DNA of 64,000 nucleotides from Octopus sinensis. Lineage: Eukaryota. A program made the position numbers and the translations under genes. Shown here piece after piece: positions 61,809 through 64,000 of the stretch. Numbering within the stretch: position 1 is the first letter of the stretch; each line of letters opens with the position of its first letter. Below the pieces are notes generated by a model, which did not search any database, was not told the DNA's origin, and saw nothing but the letters and a program-made list of their open reading frames with translations. Location of the stretch: assembly GCF_006345805.1 (NCBI RefSeq), contig NC_043000.1:22568001-22632000 (forward strand). Direction: 5' to 3'.

Positions 61809-62074
61809 ATGGTCTTGATGATCCAATCCACTGTAGTAAAATCCGGATCAAATGGCTTGAAGACGATCAATGTGCAATAATTGTTGGCAAAATCACTGCC
61901 CCACGAAGTCCAAATTCAGACAAAGACTGCCAGTTCATATTGGGAGCATCATCGAGAAGCAAGTACCAGTTTGTGTTACTCACCTTTGACACATTTTACA
62001 TCAACAGCTGTGATGTTGTGCTCAAAATCTCAGACTCACCAACTGCCCAGTTTGACAGAAAGGTCAAACAGTTG
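61809..62074 (+). CDS. Second coding exon: CUB-like extracellular domain of a secreted or membrane protein
   Basis: CTTTTTACTTCAG acceptor, TTG|GTAAGT donor. T+AT splices in frame to Tyr, then GLDDPIHCSK...DKDCQFILG...VLLTFDTFYINSCDVVLKISDSP. The C..(W/F).I, L.F..F.I..C and L.I.D pattern resembles a CUB domain (motif recognition, no HMM run). Confidence 0.75.
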
Positions 62075-62240
62075 GTAAGTTACTGTTTCTTATTCTTTTA
62101 TATGCTTATCAGTTCATTTATTTGTTCATTTATTTATTTTTTCAGTCTTTGTTTTTCATCCTCTTTCTCCTTGTCCTCCCCATCACCACTATCATCATTA
62201 TTATCATCATTTAATGCCTATCTTCCATGCTAGAATAGGT

Positions 62241-62530
62241 TTGTTCCTTCTCGAGCCATGCCTGGCTCATAAGGGCTGGTTTCCCGGTTTCCTTGGCATA
62301 TAGGTTCCCCACCTGGATGGGATGCCGGTGAGCTGCAAGATGCAGGAGAAAAGAGTGAGAGAAATTTGTGACGAAAGAGTCAGCAGAAGTTTACCATTAA
62401 ACTTCTGCCGGAGCTGCGTGGAGCTTAGGTGTTTCGCTCATAAACACACACATCGCCCGGTCTGAGATTCAAACCTGCGATCCCTCGACCATGAGTCCGC
62501 TGCTCTAACCACTAGGCCATATGCCTCCAC
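62241..62530 (-). mobile_element. SINE-L inserted in an RTE-type tail
   Basis: 14-bp TSD ATGCTAGAATAGGT at 62227-62240 and 62550-62563; head GGCCTAGTGGTTAGAGCAGCGG; internal 11-bp hairpin. Confidence 0.85.
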
Positions 62531-64000
62531 TTTGAGATATTCTCCACATATGCTAGAATAGGTGGGATAGTTCAAGAGTATCTGATGAGCCAGGGGACTG
62601 CATGATGCTCCAGTGTCTACTTTCTATGGCTGAATGCTCTTCCTTAACCAAACGTTCTACAGAGTGTACTGGGTGCTTTGTTTGTGGCATCAGCACTTGT
62701 GAAGTCACCAAGTAATTTTCAAGACAAAAAAAAAAGGCTCCCTTGATTGAATGGGGGGTGTAGTGGAGAGAGGTGATTTTATATTTGGTAGTGAGAAGTG
62801 AAGGTGATAGAAAGACAGGAATAGCTATCTTGCTGTTGAGGAGATACATGGTTATCCTGCATTAAATAAACGATGGGTGAGAGTAGCTGGAAAGAGAGAT
62901 GAAGATGGTAGTGATTAGAGAGAGAGAGATGTACAGTGACAGAGATGGAAGTCAGCGGTACATAGGTGTGGATGCAGTGAGTAGTGAGCAAAAGTGGGGT
63001 GCAGTCATTGGCAGATTATGAAACGAAGTTAAGGATCAAATGTGGAAGTCTTAAGATGTAACTCAGTGGAAACAGAGAAGTAGCTAACAACATAGAAAAG
63101 GTGATCAGGGAAAAATAAAGTGGGAAGGGATGATATTGAGAATAAGGGATGGATTTCAAAAAAAGTGGTTCCAGGGCTAGGGATAACTGGTAGCACAAGA
63201 AGTGATGAAATGTGTGGAATCCTGTTCTCATATAATTGCAGCAGATGAATAGTACTGTAGTTAGAAAGGTAATGAAGGGATAGATGTTAGGAAGAGGTGG
63301 GGAAAATTTGACTAGGATAGATTAGGGGCAGGACCCAATGTATGTATAGATATAAATATAATGCTTGTAGTATCTCAGTTTTTCCATGATGGATAAGTTT
63401 TCTCAAGCCTAGTGAATTGCCAATCATCTTCGTTGTTTATCATCTCCTGTGAGGTTCAGCATCCTGAGTCACTCATCCCTACTTTATCCCACATTTCTCT
63501 GGGTCTCCTTCCATAAGTTCCATCCACTCTAAATGACCAGCACTTCTTTATGAAGTTGTCCACATCCATATTCACCACATGACTATACTAACAGAATCCT
63601 CTCTCTTGCACACAACATCTAATTCCTCTTAAGCCCAAATTTTTCTTTCAGCATATTTGTACTTTGTCGTATCTACATACTGATGTTGCACAGTCAATGG
63701 AGCATTTTAACTTCTTTTCTTCCTTTGCATACCCCACTGCATTCAGGTCCCATGTGTCACCACTCATGTAGCATTATTATTTGTGCATAAGCATCATGCA
63801 ATCAGCCTTTTTACTCTGAATCAACCTTTTAAGCTGAGAGAGAGAGAGTAAGAAAGAGAATGAGAGAGAGAGAGAGAGAGAGAGTGAGAGTGCTTTGAAC
63901 TTTCTATGATCAGTTCTTATTCTAGGAACTATATTTTCAGAACATCTTCATCTGCGGCTAATTAGGTCACCTAAGTACCAGAAGCTATCTAAATTATCTA

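Noticed and set aside
62740-63330. Purine-rich tract resembling a LINE/PLE coding relic (similar composition at 27300-27740)
   Set aside because: No RT or endonuclease motif recoverable by eye; left unclassified.

Overview
AT-rich, microsatellite-dense eukaryotic DNA, most likely from an octopus (inferred from my recognition of the repeat families, not from a search). It is dominated by transposon relics: tRNA-derived SINEs (working labels A, B/B2, E/F/F2/L), 5'-truncated RTE LINE ends, one young CR1 fragment, a decayed Ty3/Gypsy pol, TTAA piggyBac-like MITEs (working labels G, G2, H), Tc1/mariner-type and hAT-like MITEs and a Helitron-like element. One host gene is well supported: two + strand GT-AG exons (59088-59178, 61809-62074) splice in frame into a signal peptide followed by a CUB-like domain, and the gene is incomplete in this window. 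Most short ORFs in the track are microsatellite or repeat artefacts. I found no CRISPR array, rRNA or genuine tRNA gene. The main unexpected signal is nine degenerate minimal type-I hammerhead ribozyme motifs of the Penelope-element type, in five repeat families. Together they show three Watson-Crick versions of the catalytic 3-8 pair (C-G, U-A, G-C), and one family carries a tRNA-like head. Every genomic copy has at least one lesion, so activity is inferred and untested. Boundaries of degenerate repeats are approximate.
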